From NCBI RefSeq assembly GCF_036321535.1, contig NC_087437.1, positions 43,650,001 to 43,714,000 on the forward strand: DNA of 64,000 nucleotides, given 5' to 3'. Below the pieces are notes generated by a model. The model searched no databases. It was not told the DNA's origin and saw only the letters and a program-made list of their open reading frames with translations. Made by a program: the position numbers and the translations under genes. Source of the stretch: Camelus dromedarius (Eukaryota). Shown here one piece after another: positions 25,991 to 38,512 of this stretch (the first letter of the stretch is position 1; the number at the start of each line of letters is the position of its first letter).

Positions 25991-26436
25991 TCAGTCAGGT
26001 GGTCTCTACGGACCACTACCTATTGAGGAGAGCCCAAGTGTCTCTCAAACTTATGTCCTTGGGCCAGTATTCCAGGTAGCCTGCGAATCCGTGTGTCCTA
26101 TTCCTTCAGGCACGTCTTACCCAGTACTGTCCTATTTTTCTCCCTTTCTACTACAGCCATTCACTTTGTGTCTAAGACTGTTTTCCCCAGAGGTTGGCTG
26201 CTGAGAGGGTTATCTGTCTGATTTTCACCTTGTTGCTGCCATCAAAGCAAGACACATAGACCCTTTCATTTGGAAAGTTGAGTTGTTGGTACCAGAATTG
26301 TAATGTATTAATGCCTGCCTGCTTTCAAGCAAACAGATATAGCATGGCCATTTGGGGCAGATACAGTGGAACATCCGGTTCAGAAAAAATAAAGAAGATG
26401 AACAAATTATAAATACAAACTGTAAATTACAAAGTA

Positions 26437-26465
26437 CACACGCACGTGCGCACACACACACACAC
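26437..26465. repeat. Imperfect (CA)n microsatellite
   Basis: acacacgcacgtgcgcacacacacacacac read directly. Confidence 0.85.
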
Positions 26466-29400
26466 TACAATGGAGCACATAAGAGAGCCAGATATATGTT
26501 AGACAGTTAGATATTTACAAAAATTTTATAGTCCTCTTTGTTCCTGAAGCAATACAGCATTGTTCTCAACTATATACTTCCTGAAAACTTTTCTTTATGT
26601 GGTCACCACTGTGGGCCCCTCAATGTCATGCTCTGAAGTAAACTATGCATTTAAATCACTAGACACACTCCTGCATAATCAGAATAATTAGAAATGAACA
26701 ATGTGATTTATTGTCTCTCAGTAGGCCTTTTAGAAAGGAGATCTTTTTCACTTCATTGTGAGAAAGGTTATTCGGAAAACACAGGAATTTTGTCAGTTTT
26801 GATACCAGGTTCGTTGTCCAGGTTCAAACAGACAAGAAGTACAGGGAATATTGGATATGCTTTTCTTGACATGCAGCCCTAGGAGAATGAACATTAACAA
26901 CCTTAGGCTGTCAGGCTGGGGTGGAAATAGAAATGATGGTGTTGGAGCTGGGGTGGAGGGTTACTTTTTCCCCAGCATTCTGAGCCATTCGTGTAATGGG
27001 AATAGTTACAAAATTCAGAGATAATCAAGGCATGGCCTTTTCCCCTCCATTACTGTCTATGTTCAGAAGAAACTGATTAAAATAAATACTTTAGTCCGGT
27101 ATGGGGGAAAGAGTCACAAAATGTTTAAATTGTAATATAGAAGGATCAATCTCACCTGTTTACCTTGGAGATGTTGAAAATACTGGGAATTTGGGGACTG
27201 AAATACAGAAATATCTACAGGTGTTTTCTCTCCAGACATCTGTTAGCAATTACCATCTACTTTCCCATTATATTTTTCTATGTTCAGCTATCAGGAGTAA
27301 AAGCCTTGGCCAGTAACTCAGTTTTCTCTTCCCAAAGATCGGTTACTAAAAAATAAATTATCTCACAAGAAACAAATAAATAAATAAATGCACCAAAATA
27401 TAGAAGTTTGGAAATACCACAAGTTATATATTAAGATATCAGCTTCATATCAAAGCAAATTTTTTTCAGAGAATACAAAAAGGAAATCCTTTTGACTTTA
27501 CCCTTTGTTACTTTTTAAGAAGACTTTGGACAGTAGCTCTCGAGAACACAAGAGCAAGGAAGCTAGCTAGAGATGTCAGGTAATTAAATGGCATTGTGTG
27601 TGTTCTTCACTACACAGATCCCAAAGTATCCAATTTGAGGAATTTTAAACCATCATATTTTAAAACACCTTGACTCAAAAAAATAAAGGGAAACTATCCA
27701 ATTATGTCTAAACATGAGGATTTTATTTTGATATAATAGCATCCTCCATTAGAAAAAATATTTTTCAAAATTAAGTTTGGTGACAGAATAGAGGGAAGAT
27801 TACTTGCTGGAAGTTCGGAGATTGAGTGACTAGTCAGGAGGATTTTATGAGTCTAAGAAGATCTAGAATAAGTCAGTGACTTGCACAGAAAACAGAAGAC
27901 AGAGACAGAATGCAGAGGAAAGACTGACCAGTCTTGGCAACTGAGAAGATGAGAAAGAGTTAGCACATGGGGTTTCCAGGTGGATTGCTAGCCAAAAATT
28001 TTGAAGTATTAATCCCACAGTTTTAAATTCTTTTGTGTTTAAGGAGCAAAATTCTTAATGAGCTAATTTTCTGACCCATACTCTTCAGTCCCTAGAAAGA
28101 TTCCTCACTACTATTCAAAGTCTCATATCTGAAAGGCTGGCTTTTTAATACTCATTACAGTCTCTATGTTGAAGTACTTATCAATTTGACTCAAGGAGCC
28201 AACCACAATTATCTGTAACCAGACAATAGCATTGATAAACACAAAAGATTTCTTTTATACTTCTTTGTAGCATGAATTACATACTGTGGAATCTAAATAT
28301 ATATATTCTATTTAGCATTTTCAGAAATTAAACACAATAAACATAGACATTCAAATTTGCCCCCTCCCAAAGAAACGAAATTATAGACTCACTGACATCT
28401 TAAATTTCTGACATTCTAGACGTCAACTAAAATGTAAATAGTCTGCATTTTTTCCTAGTCCCAGGTTCCTCCTGGAATATGCTGGATATATATATTTTTT
28501 CCCACTGAGAAGCACCATGCTTTCCTCCTGTTTTACATTCTGAAGATGTTGCCTGTATGGTTGTATTGTAAGAGCTCTGGATATAGATGGGGTCAACCAG
28601 TAAGCTTTAGGGCTGCTGCCAGACAACTTAACTTAGTTCCTTCCTGCTCTTTAGGGTCTTTCTATCAGAGAGCTGTCTGAGTTCACTGTCCGTCAGTAGC
28701 CCAAGCCAATACCTTGGCTGCAGTAATCTTTATTTATTTTCCCCTTGCCCAGTTTATTTAGGCCTAAGCTGATTTTTCTGTTCCAAGGGCCTGCGGACTT
28801 ATGTGTCCAATTGCATGGTTTCTCTCTAACACCTAGAAAGTAATCCTACTTGCTAGATCAGGTAATCATCAAATTGAGGGCAAATCTGCTCAGTAAATTT
28901 AATCAGATTAGTAGTGCTTCCATGAAGGAACAACAGACATTGGAGATTTTTTAAACTTGGAATGAATTTCTAGGTGGGAAAAATGACATTAAATAAATTC
29001 TATTTAAACATATAGTTGAATGGCAATTATAGTGGATACATGAGCCAATGATATATCTTTGGTATAATTATAATTATGAATTTTCTAAGTACGTTATAAG
29101 TTTAAAAGTAATACTTTTTCAAGGTTTTATATTCATGAGTCAAGCAAATTAAATAGTTGAATTTTTTTTTTTTTTGGAAAATTCTGCTGCTTCCCCCCTC
29201 CAAAAAAAGAAGAGCTTATTTTGTAATTATTATTATTCTGTCTAACAAAAAAATGTGTCAGTGTGTTAAGACAAAAATTAGTCTCACATTCTAAGAGCTT
29301 ACAATTGAAGGCCAAGTAAAATTAGCAACTATCTGTTAAAAATAACTTCAGTGACATTAAGAGAAGAACCTTCTCTAAAGTAATCATAAAGGAGAGCAAC

Positions 29401-30542
29401 GCTTTTAGCTCTTTGAAAAATTGACTTCTCTCATGGCTGGGCTGTAGCTGAGCAGTTCAAGGTAAAGCTCCAGCTGGAGTGATCTGAAATGATTCTGCTG
29501 TTAAGAACACAACAGCTACGTTAATTTTAAAAGGAACTTTGAATGAATACTTTGTTCAATAGTAAGGTATAAAGAATACTGCCAATGCACACAACTTGGA
29601 CAATTAGCAAACTGTGTCTCTTTTGAGTAGCAATTTATTGAACTGTCTTCATTTTGTGCCCTTAGCTGAGCCATAAAGTTTTGTTTGAATGCAGAATTGG
29701 AAATCAAGGAATTCATGCAAGCATATAGTATTATTTTAACAGGTCGAAAGAGATACGATTTTATTGGTTGGCTGGCCTTAATAAAGGCAGGAGCTAACTA
29801 TTTTTTTTTTCTAATGTAAAACTCGTAGTGGCTCTCTGAATTCACTCTAATGATCAGCTGTTTTCAGTTGGAGAAAGGAGAGAGAAAGAGAGAGAGAGAA
29901 GGGCAACATACACATCAAATAGAAATTAAGAGGGAGGGGAATTCAGTTCTGAAGGATGAAAACAGAGCTTGACATTCCAAGCCTAGGACACAAACTTTTA
30001 CCCAGTGATTTATTCCACTCTTCATGGCTTAACAGGAAACTTTGGAATTGAATTTTATTTAAGTTTTTTTAAGACGCTACAAGATTTCTTTATATATAAA
30101 GCAGAGGCTGTTCTCTCTATAAAGAGATATTTGGCATGTTTTTAAAGTATTGTTATATAAACACAAAACTATTTGACCAATCTATCAGAGTGGTTTAAAT
30201 TGTGCTACTGAAATTGGAATTGTAGAGGGGACACTACATTTAGTTTGTGTAGAGATAATAATCTTATTATCATTGTTCTCTACATGCTACGTATTGAATG
30301 ATGGCTATTAGTAAGTCAATTTTTCTGTGAATGTAGAGTCATTTCAATGTAGTTGGACTTATTCAATACTATTTCAAGAGGAATTAAATACAAATCCTGG
30401 GGTTTGCACCAAGTGGCATAAGCTGTATTCAGAAATCAGTGTCTATCTGAACATATTTATGATGTGCGATTACAGATAATAAACTACCTAGAATATGTTT
30501 TCATTCCCTCTCTGTCTTTCTCTCTGTCTCATGCACGCACAA

Positions 30543-30569
30543 ACACACACACACACACACACACACACA
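30543..30569. repeat. (AC)n microsatellite
   Basis: Perfect AC run of about 13 units; a second imperfect run lies at ~30972-31001. Confidence 0.95.
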
Positions 30570-31364
30570 TTTCCTTTATCCTTCAAGAGTCCTTTCTATC
30601 TAATACACAGTAGTCCTTCCAGAATGTTGTTTTCAGGGTTCATGCCATCAGCCTATCTTTATAGACCAAAACATTTGTTAACAGATTCCCTCAGGAATTG
30701 AAACTAATGGTTCTGTCTTATACCAAAATTCACTTAACAGCAAATAAAGTTAAAAGAGTTCCTTGTCTTGTTTTGTATTTTAATATATTCTCACTTATAT
30801 GAATATTGCATATTTGCAATATTCTTTTACGTGAGAAGATACCATGAAAATGTATTTAATTGTTATGTAGATTCAATAAAAGTTAAGTAGTATAACCAGA
30901 AAGATATGTTTATTTGGAATCTATTTTTAAAAACCTCCATTTCAAGGATGATTTGATATTTCCAGAGACATACACACACACACACGCACACACGCACACA
31001 ATAGATTAGATTGTACTTTTGTTTCTTAGCATTTGTGATCTCGTAGGAAAATAAGAACTGATTGTATGCATTTCTTAATATTTTTCAAAATTATTCAGAA
31101 AGATTTGATTTCATCTATGACTTTCTACAGTGAGCCTAAAGAATTTCCTGTTCAAAATTTTGTTTTGTGTATAGATTGATTTGCTCAATGGATGGGTACT
31201 ATTACCACAGTCTGATTTTCACAAATATAACTGACCTCCTGGCTTTTTAAAAATTAATTAGTGGTATAGTTTAAATTGGATAAAATAATTTTTATCACAA
31301 ACATTGAATCTCTATAATGTGTCTGTATTCAGAAATAAGTATCTATCTGAATATATTTGTGATA

Positions 31365-31896
31365 TTTGCCACCCCAAAATGTGTCTCTTTGATATGAGGA
31401 TTATTTTGGCTGATTATTTTTAAGAAACAGAAGACTCAGGAAGTCTTCCTTTCACCTCCACCTTAAGCTGCCTGAAGAATTAGATAGAGGAGCCTGTGGC
31501 AGGAAGTGAACTATCGCCAGAAATATCTAGGGAGAATATGGGCTCAGTGTGGTAGGGGGACTCAGCAGGTGTGCTGCTCTGTGTCCCATTGCGCCTGCAG
31601 GGCACAGCAAATAATTGTTTACCAAACATTTGCTTTTCCATCTTCATGTGAATCTCCTTCCTCCCGTTTGAAGTCTCAAACCACAATACCCAACATCCTC
31701 TTTTGTCTTCAGCTGAAAATAACATGTAAGCTGAAGACTTCAGCCATGTTGGTGAATTACTCAGTTTTCCTGGGTCTTTCACATGTACACATGTCATTAA
31801 ACTTTGTTTTTCTCTAGTTAATCTGTCTCATATCAATTTAATTCTTAGACCAGCCAGAACATAAAAGCATAGAAGAAAGGTTCTTTTCCTCCCCTA
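31365..31896 (+). mobile_element. Solo LTR, ERV1 class (MER34-like)
   Basis: Begins tgccaccccaaaatgtgtctctttgatatgaggattatttt; has attaaactttg...ttaatctgtct and ends ttttcctccccta, as in MER34-group LTRs. tgata flanks both sides (31360-31364, 31897-31901). Confidence 0.75.
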
Positions 31897-32093
31897 TGAT
31901 ACCAACTGTAGAAATATATTAGAGTAGATGTTTGTTTTACAAGTTATAGTAAACATTATAAAAGCTATTAAGTCAGCAAGTGAATGAATATGTTTAAAGT
32001 ATTATTAAAGTAATATCTTTGGCTCTTCTTTCTACAACAACTTCCAAATATAAGAAAGTCACTCAGCTCTTACTGTTACAATATTTTTTCTAT

Positions 32094-32501
32094 TGTTGAT
32101 CTAAAACAAATAGACTGCCAGTTATTTCTCCAGCAAAAATGAGTTCATTCGCAATCAACAAAGAACTACAATTCAGGGTCAGTAACCATGGAAAGCCACA
32201 CGCAAGTCCCCCATAGGAAGGAGAGGAGACCTCTCTTAAACAGGGGAAAGGAAGTGGAAAGGGCTATTAAAAAAAAAAAGAAAGAAAAAGAAAAAGAATC
32301 CATTGGAGGAATTGAGAGTTCAAAGCATAATGGCTTTTCATTGGCCAAGTTGTGAGAGTCTCTCATTGGCTGAGCTCTTGCCAGGCATGGGAAGTTTTTC
32401 TTCTTCCTGTTGGGCTTGGCTGTTGTCAGAAGGCTTGAGAGCTCCCCCAACTGATCTCTCGGTTCTATTTTAATTGAAGTTTCTGTTTTTTCATTTTTAC
32501 A
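32094..32501 (-). mobile_element. Solo LTR (probably ERV1 class), antisense to NLGN1
   Basis: TG...CA termini (tgttgat...ttttaca), 4-bp flanks ctat/ccat, three CCAAT boxes on the minus strand (attgg at 32302, 32340, 32365). Confidence 0.7.
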
Positions 32502-33329
32502 CCATCCGTCTTCTTTTTTTCAATTGCCTTTTCCACTCTGTCAATTTAGATCTTTGAGACCTCTCCTCTACCTCTACTCTATTACTTAACATGTATTCCT
32601 CTTCATTATTAAAATCACTATACAAGAGAGCTTTGAGCATCCTAGAAATATGAATCTTGCTTTTCTAAAATCTTCAATTATTCCACACTGCTTTTTAATT
32701 GAGCAACTGTCCTCAATTTAGCACTTAAGGCATTCCAAAATGCAATCTCAAATTACCTCTAGTAGTGATTCTTTCTTAACCATGGACTGTCATTAATAAA
32801 AATGTGCATATTCATATACATGCAAAGAGACGCATATAATTTTATGAACAAACTTTAGAAAAATACCCCTTCTCTACACCCTCATATCCAGCCAGTCTGC
32901 TACACATACCTTAAATTCCAACCATGTTAGACAATGAACAACTTGAGGACTAATAGTATTTATGCAAAAACATAGTCTCATATACACCCCATGATACTAT
33001 CCCAAAAATCTCCAAGTAACTTGGCTTCTAGAAGGTCTCCCTTAAAGTCTTCAGAATGTTTTCTTTCTCTTTATCTGCCCCCTGTTACCTGTTGCCTGGA
33101 TAACCTGGGAAACATTTGGGGAAGATAAATGTCATTTTTCAGATTTTAGTCTCTGTCATTCTTCCTAAAGTAAATTATTTTATTCTGGTGGGAATAATTT
33201 TTTACTAAAGAACTTGGATTGTACCCATCTTGATGAACACAGGCTTCAATTGTATTTGAATTTGATGTCTATTTGATGCATGTCAACTCAAAAGGCTGTT
33301 CTAAGATTTTTTTTATTTCTGTTTTCCAG

Positions 33330-33542
33330 GTTTCTTGAGCACAGGGGATCAGGCTGCAAAAGGAAACTATGGACTCCTTGATCTCATACAGGCTTTAAGA
33401 TGGACTAGTGAGAATATTGGATTCTTTGGTGGTGATCCCTTAAGAATCACTGTTTTTGGATCTGGCGCTGGGGGTTCATGTGTCAATCTGCTGACTTTAT
33501 CCCATTATTCTGAAGGTAACCGTTGGAGCAATTCAACCAAAG
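33330..33542 (+). CDS. NLGN1: NLGN1 internal coding exon (esterase-like domain), long form including splice insert B; short form ends at 33515
   Basis: Polypyrimidine tract and AG at 33328-33329. Translates (G)[70 protein letters not shown]. Two same-phase GT donors at 33516 and 33543. GNRWSNSTK is the NLGN1-specific insert B. Confidence 0.97.
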
Positions 33543-36500
33543 GTATTATGCAGGTTGCAAATTTTGACAATTTTGGTGTCTGCATGCCACCACCATCAGT
33601 AGTATGTGATGCTCTGTATATATTTCTCTGTGCAAACTAAGTGTTAGGTTGAACTCAATAACTGTTTAAAACTTTGTTTTTTCAGCTTCTCTATGCATGA
33701 AATTTTTGCCAAACTCTTTTCTTTGTCTCCTGCAGAGCTTGGTGTGGACGCCCTTTTAAGCACACTTCAGGACAGTTAGCATTACAGTTACTTTTCTTTC
33801 CTCCAAAGGGTGATTTTGGGGAAACTCAAAGACGGTCACAGTTGTGTCATCTCTGTTTATTCAGTAATCACAATCAAGGACAAGTTTTATTTTTAATTTT
33901 TTTAATGCAGGTCTTGTATGCATTCTAATTTTAAGATAATAGACATTTTAAACCCTTTAGTAGTATGAAGATAAGGGAGCAGTTGTAAACTAGTTTGTCT
34001 GGAAATGTGATTTTCATTTGTTGTCTGAGTAGAGAATGAATGTTTGATTATTTTGCATGCATGATCCAAAATTGTCAAAGCATGGAGGTCACTAGTAGAG
34101 TTTTGACTAAAAAGAAAGATACGTTTGAACTTGTGCCTTTTCTATTTTCAACTGCAAAAGTGTTATTTTTTACCCCTGAAGACTGACAAAGCAGCATGGA
34201 GCACCGAGGCTGCTTAAATCCATGAAATATTGTTCTTGTCTCCATTTTCTGGCCTTGATGTCTTTTTTCCAAAGTGCCCACCCAAAGCTCATCATGTTGG
34301 TCTTTATGGACTCCCATTTTACCATGAGTGTAGTCACCCATGCTCATTGCGTTACTCACTGGAAATGTCCACAAGACAGAGGTGTTTTGTTAGCGAAATC
34401 TGTAAAAGCACATACTTCCTCTCCATTTTATATACATAATAAGCAGGAAGATGGAGAATATATATCAACATAGACCATCATGTATTTTCTGTTTTTTTAT
34501 TGTCATTTTATATATATTAAGAAAGTATACACTGTCGATTGTAATTCATGAAGCATCTTCATTTGTAAGACTGAGTTTTATGATATGAACACCAGACACA
34601 GAATGTTTGTTTTTGGTATCAAAGACACATTAATGTGAAATTTCAAAAGAACAGTCAGTCATTAAAAGAGTATATATATTTGGAGAATCATATTTTATTA
34701 TAGACTTAATTTATAGATATAGTAACGTCACATTTATACTAGTAGAATTCTGATTCAAGATGACAAAATGACACATATATGAGAACATTTCCAATTGTAC
34801 AGAGATTTTAGTCTGTAGTGAAAGGGCTTATTTTGAACTAACAAAGTTTGTTGTTGTTGTGTAATAGAACAGATTAGATTGTTCTAGCCTGAGGACTAGC
34901 CTAATGCCATGTTATGTTGGTTAACATTAGACAGTCTGTTCGGACTTCTTGGGGTCATTTAGTCTCAAGCTATTTCTGCTGATTTTTTCTAAAATTTTTT
35001 CTAAATGTAAAGTGAAAATGGGCACCAAAGCCGTTTTCAGCCAGTATAAAACTAACATTGGATAAAGAGATGAATGAATTAGTTCATCAGCTAGCATTGC
35101 TATTCATCAATCTGTGATGTGGGAAACATTGGCAAAAATGGCTGGCTGTGCAAACAACTGAAAATACAGGATTCCATCACAGCCTTCAAGGAAATCTGTC
35201 CGTACCTGCCTAGATAAATGGACTCATATTTGGTCTAATCCTAAGTTTATCGCCACTAACAAAGCTACCTAATTTGATCAGAAGATGCTCAGAAGAGGTC
35301 TTGAAATCATTGGGTTAATTCGGTCTCCATTGCAGACATAGACTTTAAAGTCTGGCAACTTCCCAGGGCTGCAGCAATCCTCAGGCCTGTATCTACCAGG
35401 AGTCAATCACACATAACAAGCACTATCCCTAAGGATAAAATACATTGTTTTCCAAATACCATCTAGATGGCCTGTTTCAGACAATCTTGAACATGATGTG
35501 TATTTGCCTTAAAATCTTTTTTGGTATATTTAGTTAATGTCAGTAAGTCCCTAAAATGGGAAAGAATCTTCTAGAAATCACCAAGTTATTTTAGTTGTGA
35601 AGTTTTTAATTAGTAAAATAGTTCTCTGAGCAAATGTTGACAAACACATAGCCTATATAAATTTTTTTAATTATCTGTATTTATATTATTTGCTTTGGCA
35701 AACTTTGCTCTAGCAAATGAAAAATATGTTCATAAAAATGTCAGAAACGAAAACAAATTTAAATTAGTACTGTTTGACTTTTTGAATATTTTTAGAATTA
35801 TCTGGGAACATATTACAGACATTTTGAACACATATACACGTTTGGAGAAAAAATGAAAACTTTGCTTCTAATTCAGACATTGCTTTAACACCTTTGTGAA
35901 AAGAGTTCTTACGCATTAACACATGTGAATAATTGAGCATGTGTTTGAATAAATGAACTAAAAAGCCATATTTGGAAATTGGTAATAAATGCAATTTTTG
36001 AAAAAAGATAAATCATATTTTTAAACAAAAATTTTATTAGAAAATATCTTAATGAGTAAAGTTCATTTATAAATTTGAATGGCATTCAACTCTTATCAAA
36101 CTGCATATGGGACCATGATTTACAATTCTTAAATGCAATTAAGTGAAAAGCAATGGACCGTGTACTTTTCATCTTTTATGATAAAATATAGCAGTGCACA
36201 TTCAACAGTGAAGAAATCATCCCCCACTAAATCCTCTGCTGATGGTATTTTCTTTAACCTGGCAAAAACACTTCAAATGTTTTGTCCTTTTCTGAAAGAA
36301 AAGTATTCAGCATACTATGTCTGACATGAAGAGCTGGAAAGAGTATGTCTAAAGTGATATTCTGTTTTGTGTGCCATTAGGGCCATCCCCAGGGTATTAG
36401 CAAATTCCAGCCCCCAAGTTATGATTTTTCCAAATAAAATCTGATTAAAACAAACATACAGAGCCATTTTGAAGAAAGATGCGTATAGCCAAACTGGAGG

Positions 36501-36924
36501 AAATATCCTCAAAAGACAATACAAATTCTGATAAAGAGTTAAAAAGGAGAGAGTTGGCCTCATCTGGTTGGCTATAATAATAACATAGGTGTTTACATGA
36601 TGAGCAAAGAAATATTAGGGGCTTTTTACCACTAGTATTTACACAGTCTCCTTCTCTCCTTTCTTACTGCCTTCTTGAGACACTGCAGATTCGACCTCTT
36701 GATCCCTAAAGTAGTTGCTACTCAAAGTAGAAGACTTAGGTTCAACTCTTTAATTCATTATATCCTGGGGATGACCTTATGTACCTTCTCCTAAGCAGAA
36801 ATGTCTCTATCTCCCTGTTTCTTGAGTCATATCTGGGTTTTTATACACATGTCTAAAATACCAGATTTTATTGTTTTACCATATTATTCAAAGGTCATCT
36901 GAAACTTTGTTGTTTTTCCCATAG

Positions 36925-37714
36925 GTCTTTTTCAACGAGCAATAGCTCAAAGTGGAACAGCCCTTTCCAGCTGGGCTGTTAGTTTCCAACCTGCAAAATA
37001 CGCTAGAATGTTGGCCACAAAAGTTGGTTGCAATGTTTCAGATACAGTAGAGTTAGTGGAATGCCTACAGAAGAAGCCTTACAAAGAACTTGTTGACCAA
37101 GATATTCAACCAGCACGATACCACATAGCCTTCGGACCCGTGATTGACGGTGATGTAATTCCGGATGACCCTCAGATATTGATGGAGCAAGGAGAGTTTC
37201 TCAACTATGATATAATGTTAGGAGTTAACCAAGGGGAAGGGTTAAAATTTGTCGAAAATATAGTAGATAGCGATGATGGTATATCAGCTAGTGATTTTGA
37301 CTTTGCTGTTTCCAATTTTGTTGATAATTTATATGGATATCCTGAAGGCAAAGATGTTTTGAGAGAAACCATTAAATTCATGTATACTGACTGGGCTGAC
37401 CGTCATAATCCTGAAACCAGAAGGAAGACATTACTGGCTTTGTTTACGGACCATCAGTGGGTGGCACCAGCTGTAGCTACAGCAGATCTTCACTCAAACT
37501 TTGGTTCACCTACATACTTCTATGCCTTTTACCATCATTGCCAAACAGATCAGGTTCCAGCTTGGGCTGATGCAGCTCATGGAGATGAGGTTCCCTACGT
37601 ACTAGGAATTCCCATGATTGGACCTACAGAGTTATTTCCTTGCAATTTCTCCAAAAATGATGTGATGCTGAGTGCAGTCGTAATGACATACTGGACAAAT
37701 TTTGCTAAAACTGG
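36925..37714 (+). CDS. NLGN1: NLGN1 penultimate coding exon (790 nt), cholinesterase-like ectodomain
   Basis: tttttcccatag acceptor (AG 36923-36924). Reads (G)[35 protein letters not shown]...[14 protein letters not shown]...[10 protein letters not shown]...YWTNFAKTG. Donor GG|gtatgt at 37714/37715. Phase is compatible with both flanking exons. Confidence 0.98.
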
Positions 37715-38054
37715 GTATGTACCTAAGGAACGAATGCTATAATTTAATAAAGGCATCATTTTAAGCACTTAAAAAACACATATTTTGTGCCCAAATGATT
37801 TAATTTAATAGATTAATACCAATAATATGTTAAATTCCTTTATTCAAAATTCTTTATTTGTGGTGTTTCAAAAATCATTGCTTTATTAGTTCTTACTTGG
37901 TAAAGTTTATTAAGAAAGGCTTATATCTTTATGGTATTACTCAACAATTAAATTTATCTTGCTTTTTAATTACACAGGACTTATTGTTATTCAATAGTGA
38001 CAAATATTATTTTATAGAGATTTTTATTTTTTAGTACTGAATACCTTTTCATCC

Positions 38055-38225
38055 TTCCAACTACCTTGTGAATTGTGAGGTAGGCAGGTCAGGTACTATA
38101 ATCTTATTTTTCAGAAAAGAAACCTTAGGCTTTGAAAGCTTCATATAGATATTCACATGTGTAGGATATAGCATTACCAGGACTCAAATTCTTATCTTCC
38201 AATTCCAAATCCCAAGTTTTCCTGT
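38055..38225 (-). mobile_element. MIR in the last NLGN1 intron
   Basis: tgtgaggtagg...tataatcttatttttcagaaaagaaac...ccaggactcaaa...ttccaaatcc is antisense MIR. Confidence 0.65.
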
Positions 38226-38512
38226 GGCTGTCTCTGCTAGTGGGCCTGTGAGACAACTCATATGTATATGAATTTTTAAACCTTTGGCTATATAGCAATC
38301 CAAGGGCAGAGAGAATTAGAATGTATAGTTTACTTGCATTACATTATCCACCTGCCTGCGATGGGATTTATATTTCTAAATTGACCCAAGTTGTGTTAAA
38401 ACACAATTTAAAGCCTTGCTGAGTTACCTCTTCAATTAGATGTTCAACTAGTACTATTTTGACTTAAAAGAATAAGACTTTTTTTCCTCATAATTTCTCC
38501 TTTCTTTTCTAG

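Larger units (their letters stand above)
1..33329 (+). other. NLGN1: 3' part of a large NLGN1 intron (upstream exons lie outside the window)
   Basis: The exon at 33330 starts mid-codon and mid-domain. No neuroligin-like coding sequence was recognised upstream in the window. Confidence 0.85.

Noticed and set aside
33543..33640. ORF extension [11 protein letters not shown]...LCAN after insert B
   Set aside because: Read-through past a GT donor into intron; no neuroligin similarity and no canonical AATAAA just after the stop.
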